From positions 5,132-69,131 of the forward strand of contig CAZYVS010000001.1 of the NCBI GenBank assembly GCA_964651655.1: a stretch of 64,000 nucleotides of DNA. The letters run 5' to 3'. Within the stretch, counting starts at the first letter, position 1. The number at the start of each line of letters is the position of its first letter. The notes under the pieces were generated by a model. The model saw only the letters and a program-made list of their open reading frames with translations, did not search any database and was not told where the DNA came from. The position numbers and the translations under genes were made by a program. Origin of the DNA: an uncultured Candidatus Saccharibacteria bacterium (lineage in GTDB: Bacteria > Patescibacteriota > Minisyncoccia > Phycocordibacterales > Zambryskibacteraceae). Shown in pieces: positions 47,022 to 56,031 of this stretch.

Positions 47022-47875
47022 CTGTTCGATTAGCAAAAAAATTCAACGGAGAGATAATTTCCGCCGACTCGCGACAAGTCTATAAAGGTCTCGATATTGG
47101 TACGGGTAAAATCACTAAACAAGAGATGCGGGGCGTGCCACATCACCTGCTCAACGTTGCCAATCCTAAAAAACAATTCTCGGTGTCAGAATACAAAACT
47201 CTGGCTGAAAATAACTTACGATATATCGTAAGTTGTGGAAAATTGCCTATAGTTGTTGGGGGAACGGGTTTTTACATAGATACCCTTACCGGAAGAATTA
47301 ACTTTCCTAACGTGCCGCCGGACAAGAAACTTCGAGAGAAACTTTCTCAAAAATCTATTGAGACACTTTTTGAAATGTTGATGAAAAAAGATCCGACTAG
47401 AGCCAAAACAATCGACAAATATAACAAGGTTCGTCTGATCCGCGCTCTAGAGATTATCAAGAAAATTGGCTCCATTCCCCCACTTGGAAGCTCAACCTCC
47501 AAGTCTCGGTACCGCTTCATATTTATCGGATTAAAGCCAGATGACCTCGACAAAAGAATTTACAAAAGATTACTTATAAGATTTAACGGTATAATTCGTG
47601 AAGGCAAAAAACTGCATAAACAAGGACTGTCATACAAACGTATGTATGAACTTGGGCTTGAATACCGATATATTGGTATGTATTTGCAAAATAAAATCTC
47701 TAAAAAAGAAACAATGGATAAACTTTATTTGGCAATCAAACACTACGCCAAGCGGCAAATGACCTGGTTTAAGCGAAATAAAGAAATTAGATGGTTTACC
47801 ATGAGCTCTGTCGAAGGGTTCAAACCGGAAACATACAAAGAGATAGAAAAATATACTGGACGTATGCTAGGATGA
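46961..47875 (+). CDS. miaA: tRNA dimethylallyltransferase
   Basis: '[45 protein letters not shown]' P-loop N-terminus, typical of MiaA. Contains an in-frame 'PLGSSTSK' element. Confidence 0.85.
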   Translation: [304 protein letters not shown]

Positions 47876-47882
47876 CGTCACT

Positions 47883-47955
47883 GGGCGATTAGTTAAGTGG
47901 TATAACTTCGGTCTCCACCCCGTCGCTCGCGAGCGACGGGGTCCAAAACCGATAT
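47883..47955 (+). pseudogene. partial tRNA-Trp copy (5' portion, nt 1 to about 45) with 28-nt insertion in the anticodon loop
   Basis: GGGCGATTAGTTAAGTGGTATAACTTCGGTCTCC is identical to the 5' half of the intact tRNA-Trp at 48209. A perfect 24-nt palindrome CCCCGTCGCTCGCGAGCGACGGGG (47908..47931) follows. Then comes ...AAAACCGATAT, abutting the ATG of GIY-YIG copy 3. Confidence 0.55.
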
Positions 47956-47957
47956 AT

Positions 47958-48218
47958 ATGTATTACGTATATATTCTAAAAAATCTCAAAACAAAGAATT
48001 TGTATATAGGATACACCCGAAATTTAAGACGTAGAATAAATGAGCATCAGAGCGGAAAGGTATACACAACAAAACGATTAGGACGTGATGTGGACCTCGT
48101 TTACTACGAAGCTTATAAAAATGAGGATGATGCAAGAGATAGGGAGAAAAGTTTTAAAAATTCTGGTTCCGTGTACAATGGACTAGTTAAACGAATAAAA
48201 CGCAGTAGGGGCGATTAG
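47958..48218 (+). CDS. GIY-YIG nuclease superfamily small protein (UPF0213/YhbQ-like), copy 3
   Basis: 86 aa. 'YYVYILKNLKTKNLYIGYTRNLRRRINEHQ' GIY-YIG core. The 3' end overlaps the first 10 nt of the intact tRNA-Trp. Confidence 0.75.
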   Translation: MYYVYILKNLKTKNLYIGYTRNLRRRINEHQSGKVYTTKRLGRDVDLVYYEAYKNEDDARDREKSFKNSGSVYNGLVKRIKRSRGD

Positions 48219-48282
48219 TTAAGTGGTATAACTTCGGTCTCCAAAACCGATATCGGGGGTTCGATTCCCTCATCGCCCGCCA
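48209..48282 (+). tRNA. tRNA-Trp (anticodon CCA)
   Basis: Acceptor GGGCGAT/ATCGCCC plus G-CCA. D-stem GTTA/TAAC. Anticodon stem TCGGT/ACCGA with loop CTCCAAA. T-stem GGGGG/CCCTC with loop TTCGATT. Confidence 0.8.
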
Positions 48283-48283
48283 A

Positions 48284-48457
48284 TCAGATTTTCTTTTCCT
48301 TGTAGATGGTGTGCTTGCGCGCTATGGGGTTGTATTTTTTGAACTCAAGTTTGCGCTCGACGGATTTTCGATTTTTGCGCGAATAATAAGTGTGGCCTTT
48401 ACCGACCCCTTTTTCGTCTCCCACCGAGACTAGTTTTATGAGATGCAATTGCGACAT
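48284..48457 (-). CDS. rpmG: 50S ribosomal protein L33
   Basis: Hand translation (minus strand): MSQLHLIKLVSVGDEKGVGKGHTYYSRKNRKSVERKLEFKKYNPIARKHTIYKEKKI. It matches the L33 pattern (...KNxR...KLELKKYDP..RKH..YKE.K). 57 aa and not in the ORF track. Confidence 0.7.
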   Translation of the reverse strand: MSQLHLIKLVSVGDEKGVGKGHTYYSRKNRKSVERKLEFKKYNPIARKHTIYKEKKI

Positions 48458-48469
48458 GGAAAGAAATGG

Positions 48470-48724
48470 TTACTTAGCGGCATAAATCTCAGCTCCTTCC
48501 TTCACCGGCTGAGAAACCTTTATAGCCACTTCTTCACCTTTCTTGCCAGACTTGACAGATTTGTGATCAAGTTGCATAGAAGCAACCGTGTCCGTAAATT
48601 CTTGATCCCCGCGTCTTATATTGACCTGGCTCCCAACTTTGAGAGCCTTATTCAATCTAACCACCGCCACGCCAAGCTTGTCGTAGAAATGCACCACCTT
48701 GCCGATTGGTTTTTCCTTTAACAT
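48470..48724 (-). CDS. small stand-alone beta-barrel protein resembling the C-terminal domain of translation factors (IF2 C2 / EF-Tu domain 2-like)
   Basis: 84 aa. 'GKVVHFYDKLGVAVVRLNKALKVGSQVNIRRGDQEFTDTVASMQLDHKSVKSGKKGEEVAIKV' resembles in pattern the C-terminus of this window's own IF2 ('GKQIVGGRVLSGQIKHGANVKIIRRG...VKELQQSKIAIDSVNEDVEFGAMIE'). Confidence 0.35.
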   Translation of the reverse strand: MLKEKPIGKVVHFYDKLGVAVVRLNKALKVGSQVNIRRGDQEFTDTVASMQLDHKSVKSGKKGEEVAIKVSQPVKEGAEIYAAK

Positions 48725-48840
48725 GACATAAATGCTACACAGTCTATTAAATTTTGCAAGTCACTAGAAAGTGAACGTGTAGAGAAGGATGCCCAGAAAA
48801 AGTGACGCAAAACAAGCAAAAAAACCGATAGTTTCTATCG

Positions 48841-50349
48841 TCATATGCAGCAACTTAATTGGGAAATGTCTTTGGTGAATGACAGCGCGACAATTTTTAT
48901 GGATTCCGACAGCGTCGGGAACATCGGCAAGGAATTTGTTACATCGTCAATCGTGTTTTTGTTCTTGACCAGTATCATGGCTTCGGCGATAAGCTCGCCA
49001 GCATTCGGCGCGAGAATATGCACGCCAAGAATTTGTTTCGTTTTCGGATGAATCGCCATTTTTATCATTCCCTCGGTACGGTGCATGATAATCGCTTTTG
49101 GCACATCCTCGAACGAAACCGTGCGGCAGGCACATACCCCCATTTGCTTCATCTGCTCGTCCTCGGTAAAACCGACACCGGCAAGCTGGGGGTCGGTAAA
49201 AATAGTGTAGGGCACGGTATTATAGTCAATCGATTTGAGCGTTTGCCCTGAGCGAGCGTCAGCGAGTCGAAGGGCGTTTTCCGCGGCCAGCGTTCCTTCT
49301 CGTCCGGCGGTCGGTTCAAGACGCAAGGGTCCGCTCGTAACATCGCCGACTGCAAAAATATGCGGTTGCGAAGTTTGGAAGTGCTGATTGACTACAACAG
49401 CTTTCTTTGCATCAATGTTAACCCCGGCTTTATCTAATCCAAGGCCGCCAGTATTCGGGGTTTTACCTGCGGCAAGAAGAATCTCGTCAGCAGATGTTTC
49501 TTCTGGTTTGCCGCCAACGGTGTAAGAAACGACTTTTTTATCTTTTTCCTTTCGGGCACTTTTTACTTCGACATTTGTTTTTATGATTATGCCCTCCTTC
49601 TGTAGTAATTCCTGAAGGCGGTCTGTGAATGCCTTTTCGGCGGGCGGAAATAATGAGGGCCCGCGCTGGAGAATCGTTACTTTTGTGCCGAAACGCGAGA
49701 ACATTTGCCCGAATTCAAGTCCCAGAGGGCCCGCACCAACCACGATCAATTCTTTCGGCTGATTTTGCAGACGCAATGCTTCAATATGAGTGATAAATCC
49801 AACTTCGCGAATACCCTCAATCGGCGGAACATTAGCAGTTGAACCAGCGGCGATAATAAATTTTTCCGCACTCAGTTTTTCCTTGCCCGCCGAAGCTTTA
49901 GCGAAGGAGGGTCCGTTGACTTCAATTTTGTTTTGAGAAACAAATTTTGCCTTTCCTTCGATAACGGTGACATTCTCAAGATACTTTAAAACTTTTTCAT
50001 ATTTTTCAACCCGCAACTTTTCAACCAGCGATAATTCATCTTGCACAACTTTCTGAAAATCAAAATTTTTCACTTCAAGCTCAACACCGGCAACACCGTG
50101 ATGTTTGGCATAATGCAAAATTTCGCCAGCGTAAAGAAGCGTCTTTGACGGCACACACCCGACATTGACGCAAGTGCCACCAAGCGGCAGTCCGGAGTTA
50201 ATGAGTGCCGTTTTTGCTTTAAGTTCGTTGGCGCGGATGGCGGCGGCAAATGCCCCCGCCCCGCCGCCGATAATTATAAGGTCAAATTTTTTCACCCCGT
50301 TAGAAATTTGGGCTCTCTCATCTTTAAATTTTGTCTCGTTTTTCGCCAT
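48841..50349 (-). CDS. merA: class I pyridine nucleotide-disulfide oxidoreductase, mercuric reductase (MerA core)-like
   Basis: FAD motif 'DLIIIGGGAGAFAAA'. Redox-active 'GGTCVNVGCVPSK' (the MerA-type CVNVGC rather than the LpdA CLNVGC). C-terminal vicinal 'SCCI' Cys pair is characteristic of MerA. No NmerA metal-binding domain. Confidence 0.55.
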   Translation of the reverse strand: MAKNETKFKDERAQISNGVKKFDLIIIGGGAGAFAAAIRANELKAKTALINSGLPLGGTCVNVGCVPSKTLLYAGEILHYAKHHGVAGVELEVKNFDFQKVVQDELSLVEKLRVEKYEKVLKYLENVTVIEGKAKFVSQNKIEVNGPSFAKASAGKEKLSAEKFIIAAGSTANVPPIEGIREVGFITHIEALRLQNQPKELIVVGAGPLGLEFGQMFSRFGTKVTILQRGPSLFPPAEKAFTDRLQELLQKEGIIIKTNVEVKSARKEKDKKVVSYTVGGKPEETSADEILLAAGKTPNTGGLGLDKAGVNIDAKKAVVVNQHFQTSQPHIFAVGDVTSGPLRLEPTAGREGTLAAENALRLADARSGQTLKSIDYNTVPYTIFTDPQLAGVGFTEDEQMKQMGVCACRTVSFEDVPKAIIMHRTEGMIKMAIHPKTKQILGVHILAPNAGELIAEAMILVKNKNTIDDVTNSLPMFPTLSESIKIVALSFTKDISQLSCCI

Positions 50350-50479
50350 AACTTTATTGTTAGATTATTTTTTTGAGCTTGTCTGTATCCATACTTGAAT
50401 TCATATTCAAATGATAGCAAAATAAGAATCAATCTGAAATAACCAGTGTTTACACTGAGCGAGCCTTAGCGAGTCGAAG

Positions 50480-50563
50480 TGCGCCGGGCAGGATTCGAAC
50501 CTGCGTAGGCCTAAGGCCGACAGATTTACAGTCTGTTGCGATTGACCGCTCCGCCACCGACGC
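50480..50563 (-). tRNA. tRNA-Tyr (anticodon GTA)
   Basis: Minus-strand type II tRNA. Acceptor GCGTCGG/CCGGCGC with one G-U pair. Anticodon stem ACAGA/TCTGT with loop CTGTAAA. Long variable arm. T-loop TTCGAAT. Confidence 0.75.
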
Positions 50564-50599
50564 AATTTAACCATCCTAATTGAAATTAACGCAATTTGC

Positions 50600-50735
50600 A
50601 AAAATCCAACATTGTGCTAACGTTAGGAGCGGATCCATTGGCGAGGGTGAATTCCCGTCACACGTCATCCTTGCCTCTCCCGGGGGTGCACCAGAGGGGG
50701 GTCGCCGCGATACGCCTCCAGCGGTGGCCCCTCTT
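50600..50735 (-). ncRNA. candidate small structured RNA, possibly SRP (4.5S-like) RNA
   Basis: Minus-strand transcript would read ...CUCUGGUGCACCCCCGGGAGAGGCAAGGAUGACGUGUGACGGGAAUUCACC... It resembles the E. coli 4.5S 3'-strand core ...AAGGCAGAUGACGCGUGUGCCGGGAUG... and the 5' CUCUG. A GC stem plus U7 on the plus strand (50686..50750) suggests an RNA end. I could not identify a clean GNRA-capped helix 8 by eye. Confidence 0.25.
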
Positions 50736-50738
50736 TTT

Positions 50739-53414
50739 TTATTTTAGGACCGGTTCTTTTTTCGTGATTATCGCGCCCACATGACCCGAGTATCTGCTCC
50801 TTTTAACATCGAAAGTAAATTGACCGTCTTTAACATTAACCAAAACCATACCCCCAGAAAGCACTTTATTTGAAATCATCATGGAGGCTACGGGATTTAG
50901 AATTTTGTCTTGAATCAGACGCTTTAATGGTCTGGCTCCGTATTGTGGATCATATCCTTCTTTGGCCAATAATTCCGAAACTGATTCCGTGGTAGAAAGA
51001 TCGATTTCCTTATCCTTCAGGCGTTTCTTAATAATATCAATTTGAATATTGACTATCTCTTGGACTGCTTCTTTTGAAAGAATGTCGAAGATAATAATAT
51101 CGTCAAGACGATTAAGAAATTCGGGTCGGAAATGTTCCTTAAGGGTTGAGAGCACTTTTTCCTTCACGTCTTCATAAGTTTCCTTCTCACCATTACTGAA
51201 TCCGATGGTTTGCATCTTGTCTATATATTGGGCTCCGACATTGGAAGTCATAATAATAACCGTATTTTTGAAATTAATGACTCTGCCCTTGGCATCGGTC
51301 AAACGACCGTTATCAAGAATCTGCAATAAAATGTTGAACACTTCTGGGTGAGCTTTTTCTATCTCATCAAAGAGAATCACAGAATATGGTCTGTGTCTCA
51401 CCGATTCGGCGAAACTCGAACCTTCTTCAAAGCCGACATACCCCGGCGGTGCGCCGATTAATTTTGAGACGGAATGTTTTTCCATAAACTCCGACATATC
51501 CACGCGGATGAGCGCTCGTTCGTCATCAAACATAAATTCGGTTAGAGCTTTGGTCAATTCTGTCTTCCCCACTCCGGTCGGACCGAGAAAAATGAAAGAA
51601 CCGATAGGACGATTGGGGTCGGAAATACCGGCGCGCGAACGTTTGATAGTATCGGAAATTTTTCTGACTACCTCATTTTGACCCACAATGCGCCTTTTGA
51701 GAAATTCTTCCATTCTGGAAAGTTTGATGGCTTCCTCTTCAAGCATTCTGGCCACCGGAACGCCGGTCCAACGGCTAACCACCAAAGCGATGTCCGAGGC
51801 GGTAATTTCCTCTTTCAAGATCCGTCGCGAACTCTGTAGTTTTTTGAGACGTTTGTTTTTCAAATCTAACTCCTTTTCTAAAGAAGGAATTCTGCCATAA
51901 CGAAGTTCGGCCGCTTGAGATAAATCGGCGCGCGCTTCCGCCGCTTCCGCTTCAATTCGCAAGGCTTCAAGAGATTTTTTAATCTCTTTTATTTCTCCCA
52001 CAGTCTCCTTCTCATTTTTCCATTTGAGTTCAATTTCGCCCGTATCCTCTTTCAAATCGGCAATCTCTGTGTTGATAGTCTTGAGCCGAGTTTTAACCTT
52101 AAAATTTTTGGTTTCTTTTTTAAGCGCCTCTTTCTCTATTTCAAGCTTCATAATTTTTGATTGCGCGTCTTGAAGAACCGGGGGCATATTTTCAAGAGAA
52201 ATTTTTAAAAACGACGCCGCTTCATCAATCAAATCAACCGCTTTATCCGGTAAGAATCGATCGGTAATATAACGCGAGGACAAGGCGACAGCCGCTTGGA
52301 TAGCGTCATCGGTAATATGCACTCCATGATAAAGCTCGTAGCGCTCTTTGAGGCCGCGTAAAATTGTCATAGCATCCTCAAGAGACGGTTCCTGAACGTA
52401 AACCGGCTGGAAACGACGGGTCAGAGCCGGATCTTTCTCAATATGTTTTTGATATTCGCGCAGAGTGGTCGCGCCAATGGCTCGCAGTTCACCCCGAGCC
52501 AGGGAAGGTTTGAGCATATTGGAAGCATCCATTGATCCTTCCGCGGCTCCCGCGCCGACAATGGTATGAATTTCATCAATAAAAAGGATTATCTTGCCGT
52601 CAGACTTCTCGATTTCTTTGATAATATTTTTTAGCCGCTCCTCAAATTCTCCGCGATATTTGGTGCCGGCGATCAAGAGACCGATATCAAGAGAAACCAA
52701 TTCCTTATCCTTCAAAGACTCCGGTACGTTGCTACTTGCCATGCGTAAAGCGAGACCTTCGGCAATAGCCGTTTTACCGACTCCGGCTTCACCTATAAGA
52801 ATAGGATTATTCTTGGTACGACGGGAAAGAATCTGAATGATTCGCGAAACTTCATCGTCCCGACCGATGACCGGGTCAAGTTTGTTGGCTTTGGCCAGTT
52901 GAGTCAAAGAGCGAGTATATTTGGAAAGCGATTTGAATTTTTTGGTTTCTTTCGGTTCGACGGGACCGGCTTTTTTTAGCTCCTCCAACACCTTCAGAAC
53001 CGTTTGCCTGTCAATTTTAAATTTAAGCAACAGCTCGCGCGCCTCGCCCGGGACGTCCAAGACGGCAATAAAGAGATGCTCGGTTGAAACAAATTCATCT
53101 CCCAAAGATTGCGCCACCTTGCTCGACGACTCAATAGTATGGGCCAGTTCCGGAGTCAGATAAATTTGATAAGAAGGAGAAATAGTTTGGCTGGTTTCCG
53201 GACTTTCTATCACATCAAGCACCGAATCTGTCAGGAGAATCGTATCAATATTCATTTTGTCCAAAATCGAGATAGCCATGCTTTCCTCTTGCAATAAAAG
53301 CGCGGCCAAAAGATGCATGGGATTAACGTGATTTTGCCCGCGCTCAATGGCCAGCTCATGCGCCCGGCGGATGACATCTTTGGCTTTGGTAGTGAAATGA
53401 TTAAATGGTTGCAT
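50739..53414 (-). CDS. clpB: ATP-dependent chaperone ClpB
   Basis: Clp N-domain. Two AAA+ modules ('[15 protein letters not shown]', '[17 protein letters not shown]'). Long middle coiled-coil. 891 aa. Confidence 0.9.
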   Translation of the reverse strand: MQPFNHFTTKAKDVIRRAHELAIERGQNHVNPMHLLAALLLQEESMAISILDKMNIDTILLTDSVLDVIESPETSQTISPSYQIYLTPELAHTIESSSKVAQSLGDEFVSTEHLFIAVLDVPGEARELLLKFKIDRQTVLKVLEELKKAGPVEPKETKKFKSLSKYTRSLTQLAKANKLDPVIGRDDEVSRIIQILSRRTKNNPILIGEAGVGKTAIAEGLALRMASSNVPESLKDKELVSLDIGLLIAGTKYRGEFEERLKNIIKEIEKSDGKIILFIDEIHTIVGAGAAEGSMDASNMLKPSLARGELRAIGATTLREYQKHIEKDPALTRRFQPVYVQEPSLEDAMTILRGLKERYELYHGVHITDDAIQAAVALSSRYITDRFLPDKAVDLIDEAASFLKISLENMPPVLQDAQSKIMKLEIEKEALKKETKNFKVKTRLKTINTEIADLKEDTGEIELKWKNEKETVGEIKEIKKSLEALRIEAEAAEARADLSQAAELRYGRIPSLEKELDLKNKRLKKLQSSRRILKEEITASDIALVVSRWTGVPVARMLEEEAIKLSRMEEFLKRRIVGQNEVVRKISDTIKRSRAGISDPNRPIGSFIFLGPTGVGKTELTKALTEFMFDDERALIRVDMSEFMEKHSVSKLIGAPPGYVGFEEGSSFAESVRHRPYSVILFDEIEKAHPEVFNILLQILDNGRLTDAKGRVINFKNTVIIMTSNVGAQYIDKMQTIGFSNGEKETYEDVKEKVLSTLKEHFRPEFLNRLDDIIIFDILSKEAVQEIVNIQIDIIKKRLKDKEIDLSTTESVSELLAKEGYDPQYGARPLKRLIQDKILNPVASMMISNKVLSGGMVLVNVKDGQFTFDVKRSRYSGHVGAIITKKEPVLK

Positions 53415-53439
53415 AGTTATTTATCACACACTCGCTTCG

Positions 53440-54432
53440 CTATTTTACCATAGGCTTGCAAATTTTACAAAATATTTTGACAGCCTGTTTGATATCGTCT
53501 AGAGAAGTAAAGCGGCCGAAGGAGAAACGTACCGGCGTGCTTGGCGGTTCAGGCTTGTTTGAGTTGCACGCGGGTCCAGCGGAGACTAGGATACCAGCCC
53601 GATCAAGAGCAAGGACAAGAAATTCTGGAAGAATACCTGGCACTAAGATATGAACAACATTGGGTAGACTTCTGGTAATGAGTGCTTGGGGTAAGGACTG
53701 CTGAATCAACTCCACAAATTCAACACTCAACAAATCTAGACGTTTACGCTCTAATGTTCTATCGCGGACAGCTATTTCGAGCGCTTTGGCAAATCCTGCA
53801 ATTAACGGCACGACTGGAGTACCTAGCGGCGGAAGATCGAGCTTAACACCTTTTTTAACGACTAACGCTCCGATACCTTTCGGTCCATAAAGTTTCGCCG
53901 AGTCGAGAGTCAAAAGATCACACGAGAGAGCCTCAAGTCCGACGTTAAAATACGCCGCAGTCTGTGAGGCATCAATGTGTAGAAGTGGGAACTCGGTATT
54001 GCCCTTCTTCCTTTCCTGACGTATTTTGCGACCGAGCTTATTATCTGTCGTAACACTTGAGATAAGGGTAGTCTCCGCACCTGCCTTGCCGGCAGGCAGG
54101 CCCGTAATACCTTTGGCGGCCTCCGATACCGATGGGTGAGAATCTTGTCCAACAACAATGCGTCCTGGTTTTACTCCCCTTACCGCCCAGGTATTGGCCT
54201 CTGTCCCACCAGAAGTAAAGATGATTGCCTCTTTTGCTACGCCCAAGATTCGAGCAATTTTCGTGCGGTACTCATCTACGTCTTTTTTAATCCTCACCCC
54301 CTCCTCGTAAATAGCGTTGGGATTATAAAAATCTTTCGACCAATATTTCTCCATAACTTTTTTCACTTCGGGCAAGACCGGCGTAGCAGAAGCGTAATCA
54401 AGAAAAATTCTATTTTTGTCGGATTGATTCAT
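53440..54432 (-). CDS. class V aminotransferase / cysteine desulfurase-like protein (short)
   Basis: 'IFTSGGTEANTWAV', 'HIDASQTAAYFNV' and PLP-Lys region 'DSAKLYGPKGIGALVVKKG'. 330 aa. Confidence 0.65.
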   Translation of the reverse strand: MNQSDKNRIFLDYASATPVLPEVKKVMEKYWSKDFYNPNAIYEEGVRIKKDVDEYRTKIARILGVAKEAIIFTSGGTEANTWAVRGVKPGRIVVGQDSHPSVSEAAKGITGLPAGKAGAETTLISSVTTDNKLGRKIRQERKKGNTEFPLLHIDASQTAAYFNVGLEALSCDLLTLDSAKLYGPKGIGALVVKKGVKLDLPPLGTPVVPLIAGFAKALEIAVRDRTLERKRLDLLSVEFVELIQQSLPQALITRSLPNVVHILVPGILPEFLVLALDRAGILVSAGPACNSNKPEPPSTPVRFSFGRFTSLDDIKQAVKIFCKICKPMVK

Positions 54433-54498
54433 TATGCCGACATTTTATAGATACAGGCTGTTTTTGCAACATTTTTATGATATGGTTAGAACTTAATT

Positions 54499-56031
54499 AT
54501 GATTAAATCTAGACAAACAAGAGAAAAAGAAACCCGTCCGCCGGTAGTGGCCATCTTAGGACACATTGACCATGGCAAATCAACGCTCATCGACTATATT
54601 AGAAAAACCAGCGTGACCGGGACAGAGGTCGGAGGCATTACTCAACACATTAGCGCTTATGAGATTACGCGCACCACAAACGATGGACGGGAGAAACACA
54701 TAACATTTCTTGACACTCCCGGTCATGAGGCCTTCAGCAGTATTCGCGCTCGTTGTACAAATGTGGCGGATATGGCGGCGCTCATAGTCAGCGCCGAAGA
54801 TGGTGTCAAACCCCAAACGCTTGAAGTCTTCAAACAAATCAAGGAATGCGCTTTGCCCTATTTGGTGGTCATTACAAAAATTGACAAATCTTCGGCCGAT
54901 GTTCCACGCACTAAACAAAATTTAGCTGAAAATGAAATCTATGTGGAAGGTTACGGCGGCGATACGCCAGTGGTGGCGTTGTCGGTTAAAACCGGAGAGG
55001 GAGTGGATGAATTTTTAGAAATGATCGGCCTCATTTCCGAACTTGAAGAAAAGACGGCCGATCGAGATATGTTGGGTTCCGGAATTATTATAGAAAGCAA
55101 GCATGATGCTAAAAGAGGCATAGTCGCGGTAGGTATTATAAAAAATGGCACAATACGCCCGGGCTTATTTGCCGCCGCTAAAGCGGGACAAGCCGCCAGT
55201 ATCGGTACTATAGCTCCGATACGTTTTCTTCTTGACGCGGAAGGAAAGATGGCTGATGAACTCTCGTTCTCCAGTCCCGTACAAATTGCCGGCTGGGATA
55301 AAATGCCGACGATAGGAGAAGAATTTAAAACATTTCTTAAGAAAGACGAAGCGCTCGCCTTTGCCACGACAATCTCTAAAAAAACCATTTCACCAAACCG
55401 GACACAATTTGAGACCGACAAAAATATTTTTGCCCTGCCATTGATAATTAAGGCAGACACTACCGGCAGCTTAGAAGCCATAACCGGAGAACTTAGAAAA
55501 CTTTCAAGAGAACGGATCGCGCCGCAAATTATCCTTTCCAATGTCGGCAGTATTAACGAAAACGATGTCAAATCCGCTATGGCCACTGCCGGCGCGGTCA
55601 TAATCGGCTTTAATGCTAAAGTGGAATCTAGAGTCGCTCTCTTGGCCGAACGTTCCGGCATTACTATTCTGACATTTAATATTATTTATGAACTTACAGA
55701 TAAGGTGAAGGAATTACTATCTTTAAGGGAGCCGAGAGTTGAGATAGAAACAATCATCGGCACTTCTAAAGTGCTAAAACTATTCGGCATCACTAAAGGC
55801 AAACAAATTGTGGGCGGGCGCGTGTTGTCGGGTCAAATCAAACACGGCGCTAATGTTAAAATTATCAGACGCGGAACGGAACTTGGCGCCGGTAAAGTTA
55901 AAGAACTCCAGCAGTCTAAAATCGCCATCGATTCGGTAAACGAGGATGTTGAATTCGGCGCAATGATTGAATCTAAAATAGAAATTGCCACAGGCGACAT
56001 CCTGAAAGCAGTCGCTACCTCCATAAAATAA
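54499..56031 (+). CDS. infB: translation initiation factor IF-2 (short form, G domain onward)
   Basis: 'RPPVVAILGHIDHGKSTLIDYIR', 'DTPGHEAF' and 'VITKIDK' GTPase motifs. C-terminal beta-barrels. Followed by rbfA. Confidence 0.85.
   Translation: MIKSRQTREKETRPPVVAILGHIDHGKSTLIDYIRKTSVTGTEVGGITQHISAYEITRTTNDGREKHITFLDTPGHEAFSSIRARCTNVADMAALIVSAEDGVKPQTLEVFKQIKECALPYLVVITKIDKSSADVPRTKQNLAENEIYVEGYGGDTPVVALSVKTGEGVDEFLEMIGLISELEEKTADRDMLGSGIIIESKHDAKRGIVAVGIIKNGTIRPGLFAAAKAGQAASIGTIAPIRFLLDAEGKMADELSFSSPVQIAGWDKMPTIGEEFKTFLKKDEALAFATTISKKTISPNRTQFETDKNIFALPLIIKADTTGSLEAITGELRKLSRERIAPQIILSNVGSINENDVKSAMATAGAVIIGFNAKVESRVALLAERSGITILTFNIIYELTDKVKELLSLREPRVEIETIIGTSKVLKLFGITKGKQIVGGRVLSGQIKHGANVKIIRRGTELGAGKVKELQQSKIAIDSVNEDVEFGAMIESKIEIATGDILKAVATSIK

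Noticed and set aside
47883-48282. Reading the tRNA-Trp 5' fragment, GIY-YIG ORF and 3' tRNA as one intron-containing tRNA gene (group I or archaeal-type intron with homing endonuclease)
   Set aside because: The downstream copy is a complete tRNA with its own 5' half, so the upstream fragment is redundant rather than a 5' exon. The 28-nt palindrome has none of the P1-P9 group I features.
54951-55661. 236-aa minus-strand ORF inside infB
   Set aside because: It is antisense to a strongly supported GTPase gene. The sequence is Ala/Ser/Pro-rich and low in complexity.
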